Part shown: positions 61,659 to 64,000 of the stretch, piece after piece
How positions within the stretch are numbered: the stretch's first letter is position 1
Layout of the letters: each line of letters begins with the position of its first letter
Assembly (NCBI GenBank): GCA_050331235.1
Contig: JBHJHA010000041.1
Span: 24,767 to 88,766, forward strand
Reading direction: 5' to 3'
From: Leptolyngbyaceae cyanobacterium
GTDB taxonomy: Bacteria; Cyanobacteriota; Cyanobacteriia; Phormidesmidales; Phormidesmidaceae
DNA: 64,000 bases
Notes under the pieces: generated by a model
Database searches by the model: none
What the model was told of the DNA's origin: nothing
What the model saw: only the letters and a program-made list of their open reading frames with translations
Made by a program: the position numbers and the translations under genes

Positions 61659-62852
61659 TTAGCACTCGAGCTCAGAAAGTGCCTGGATCAGCTTTTGTAG
61701 ATGTTCCGCGGTGTGGGTTGCCATTACTGTGATTCGCAATCGGCTAATCGGGACAGTGGGTGGGCGCACAGCGGCAACTAAGCACCCCGCTTGTTGAAGC
61801 TGTTCCCCCAATTGCACCACAGTCGCAGCATCAGCAACTTCTAAACAGAGGATAGAAGAGTCACTAGGCAACACAGCTGTGAATCGCTGAGTTGGTTGAG
61901 TAGCCAGGAGTGACTGTAAAGATTGCTGTAAAGATTGTCGATGTTTGGTCAGGCGATCGCGGCGATCCGGTTCCTGCTGTGCAATCTCAACGGCGGCAAG
62001 GGCGGCAGCGGCAGCGGCAGGCGTTAGGCCGGTGGTATAGATCCAACTGGCAGCTCGATTCCGAAGAAAGTCGATCAACTGAGATGAGCCAGCCACATAA
62101 CCACCTAAGCTACCGAGGGCCTTGCTGAGGGTGCCAATTTGAATCAGCACGCGATCGCGACAGCCAAAATATTCAACCGAACCGGCACCACTATTGCCCA
62201 AAACTCCCGTTGCGTGGGCCTCATCAATCAGCACCATGCTGTTATGTTGATCGGCCAAATCGAGAATTTCCGGCAGCGGACACAAGTCCCCATCCATGCT
62301 AAAGATGCTATCCGTCACGATTAGGCAGCGACGATGGTGGGATCGCCGTTGTTGTAACTGCTGTGCTAAATCATGAAGATTGCAGTGCTGATAGGTCTGC
62401 ATTGTCGCACCGCTGAGCTTGGCCCCATTAATCAAGCTGGAATGATTATACTGGTCGGCCAAAATTAGGTCGCGCTGGTTGACGAGAGCAGTAATCGTGC
62501 CAAGGTTAGCCAAATAGCAAGAACTAAACACCAGCGCAGCTTCGGTACCTTTCCAGGTGGCGATCGCCCGTTCCAGATTTTGGTGTACATCGCGATGCCC
62601 CGTGAGCAGGCGGGAGCCAGTGCTACCAGTGCCATAGGTCTGAATCGCCGCCATAGCTGCCGCTGCCAACCGAGGATCCCCCGTCAACCCGAGATAATCA
62701 TTGCTGGCAAAATTCACCAATGCCCGTCCCTGATTGAAGATGATTGGTCCTGCTCTGCCGCTAAGTGTTTGGGGCGATCGGTGCCAATTGGCCCGTTGAA
62801 TGGTGGCAAGACTCTGCTCAATCCAGTCGTAGGCTCCTTCCACTGGGCTCAT
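61659..62852 (-). CDS. bioF: 8-amino-7-oxononanoate synthase
   Basis: NFASNDYLGL, SMDGD, DEAH, TLSKALG and RPPTVP. Confidence 0.93.
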   Translation of the reverse strand: MSPVEGAYDWIEQSLATIQRANWHRSPQTLSGRAGPIIFNQGRALVNFASNDYLGLTGDPRLAAAAMAAIQTYGTGSTGSRLLTGHRDVHQNLERAIATWKGTEAALVFSSCYLANLGTITALVNQRDLILADQYNHSSLINGAKLSGATMQTYQHCNLHDLAQQLQQRRSHHRRCLIVTDSIFSMDGDLCPLPEILDLADQHNSMVLIDEAHATGVLGNSGAGSVEYFGCRDRVLIQIGTLSKALGSLGGYVAGSSQLIDFLRNRAASWIYTTGLTPAAAAAALAAVEIAQQEPDRRDRLTKHRQSLQQSLQSLLATQPTQRFTAVLPSDSSILCLEVADAATVVQLGEQLQQAGCLVAAVRPPTVPISRLRITVMATHTAEHLQKLIQALSELEC

Positions 62853-63478
62853 CCTCTATCTGTCAGGCGATACGTGGGCAAAGACAAGCCCCAAACAATG
62901 GCCGCCAACCGCAACACAATGATAGCCAGCATACCGGCTAGGGCTGCAGAGGCAGTGGATAGGCGTAACGTCTGTAGGCCTAGATACAGTGCAATGCCGG
63001 CGATCGCCGCCGTGGCATAAATATTGTTTGACCGTAAAACCATGGGAATCTCCACCAACAAGACATCGCGCATCACGCCCCCCACAACACCGGTACAGGT
63101 ACCCATAAAGATGACAATTAGGCTGTGCAGCTGTGCCGCCTCAGCAATTTGGGCACCGCTAATGCTAAACAGCGCTAGACCACCGGCATCTGCCAGTAAC
63201 AAAGTGCGTTGAGGAGGGCTGAAGTAGCGGGTGTATAGAATTGTCAACAGGCCAGTACCCATAGCAACCAGCAAATAATCAGGCTGCTGGACCCAAAAGA
63301 CAGGCGAGCGATCTAGCAAGAGATCTCGAATCGTACCGCCACCAAGAGCGGTCACAAAAGCGACTATCATGACCCCTAACAGATCAAGATGCTTGCGTCC
63401 AGCAGTGAGGGCCCCACTTATGGCAAACACAGCAACGCCTAACATATCAAGAACGTAAAGGACTGAATCAGAGGGCAT
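62849..63478 (-). CDS. TRIC/UPF0126 (YadS-like) membrane protein
   Basis: TALGGGTIRD and GGVMRD duplicated motif; about 7 TM; overlaps bioF by 4 nt. Confidence 0.9.
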   Translation of the reverse strand: MPSDSVLYVLDMLGVAVFAISGALTAGRKHLDLLGVMIVAFVTALGGGTIRDLLLDRSPVFWVQQPDYLLVAMGTGLLTILYTRYFSPPQRTLLLADAGGLALFSISGAQIAEAAQLHSLIVIFMGTCTGVVGGVMRDVLLVEIPMVLRSNNIYATAAIAGIALYLGLQTLRLSTASAALAGMLAIIVLRLAAIVWGLSLPTYRLTDRG

Positions 63479-63659
63479 GGAAAACGGAAAGCAAGGGACT
63501 GGTTGACTGTTCAATTTTACGATTAGGGTGACGGTCTCTTTGAAATTTCAGGAATTTGGAAACAGTTCAATCCGAGTTTGAAGGGACTAGAATCGGGCAG
63601 CGACGCTGAGTCGCTGCAGCTGAGATCGCGATAATGTTGCCTGAAGCCACCGGTGAACC

Positions 63660-63860
63660 ATGCTTGAACAATTTGCCGGCGATAATTATCCCGGCCTATG
63701 CCCTGAAGCGATCGCGGTTTTGCTAAAGGCCAACCAGGGCGCTGCGGCAGCCTACGGTGATCATTGGACTCAGCAAGCAGCAGACCGGCTGCGGGAACTG
63801 TTTGAAAACGACTGCAAAGTCTTCTTTGTATACAGCGGGACTACGGGCAATTCATCAGCG
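63660..63860 (+). pseudogene. ltaE: 5' fragment of low-specificity threonine aldolase, interrupted by an IS
   Basis: QFAGDNY..CPEA..ANQG..AYGD.WT..FFVYSGTTGN, then an abrupt switch into the IS end. Confidence 0.8.
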
Positions 63861-64000
63861 GAGACTGATCAGAATTTTGTGTAAGCGGTCTAGAATCCCG
63901 ATAACTCAGGAGACCGCATCATGCCTAAGAAAAAGCAAGAGCTGAATCGTGCCGATGAACTGCTGGATGAGATGCTCTCAGAGTGCCAGAGTCCAGAAGA
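63861..64000 (+). mobile_element. Left end of an IS256-family element
   Basis: GAGACTGATCAGAATTTTGTGTA resembles an IS256 terminal repeat; RBS and transposase start follow. Confidence 0.75.
63921..64000 (+). CDS. IS256-family transposase N-terminus, truncated by the window edge
   Basis: AGGAG RBS; MPKKKQELNRADELLDEMLSECQSPE resembles the IS256 LLDELL...SPED pattern. Confidence 0.7.
   Translation, partial: MPKKKQELNRADELLDEMLSECQSPE

Larger units (their letters stand above)
415..63716. repeat. HIP1 octamer GCGATCGC dispersed across the window
   Basis: Dozens of copies, e.g. 415-422, ~4180, ~9802, ~22320, ~47932 and ~63709; a cyanobacterial hallmark. Confidence 0.95.

Noticed and set aside
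63515..63659. Possible glycine riboswitch between the TRIC gene and ltaE
   Set aside because: Only one hairpin (GCAGCGAC/GTCGCTGC); aptamer consensus not found on either strand

Overview
Mostly core chromosome of a cyanobacterium, probably a filamentous Leptolyngbya/Nodosilinea-like one (inferred from dense HIP1 GCGATCGC octamers and from psbQ, psbZ, ftrC, plmA and sigF). Recognisable loci are azlCD, eda, ruvA, cdv3-coaD, psbQ, sufR divergent from ftrC-sufBCDS (three CAAC-N6-GTTG operators), aroE, a pseudokinase/ABC1-kinase/PP2C cluster, an A-adding tRNA nucleotidyltransferase, psbZ-ribH-tRNA-Gly, sigF, plmA, asd-dapA-rnj-rne-rnhB, tig-clpP-clpX and bioF. The less ordinary content is a Gloeobacter/xanthorhodopsin-type proton pump with the carotenoid-antenna Gly, an orphan BMC-H shell protein with a divergent pore upstream of plmA, a small protein resembling a DnaD/DnaB_2 domain, a PilP/GspC-like membrane protein behind sigF, an adenylate cyclase with a duplicated unnamed domain, and a heme-c/HAMP sensor with no output domain. 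Decay and mobility: a frameshifted araC apparently separated from azlC by a ~1 kb cassette, a decayed MazG-like gene, and an IS256-like element interrupting a threonine aldolase at the right edge. I saw no CRISPR array, rRNA, prophage or defence island. All calls come from reading motifs by eye; no searches were run.
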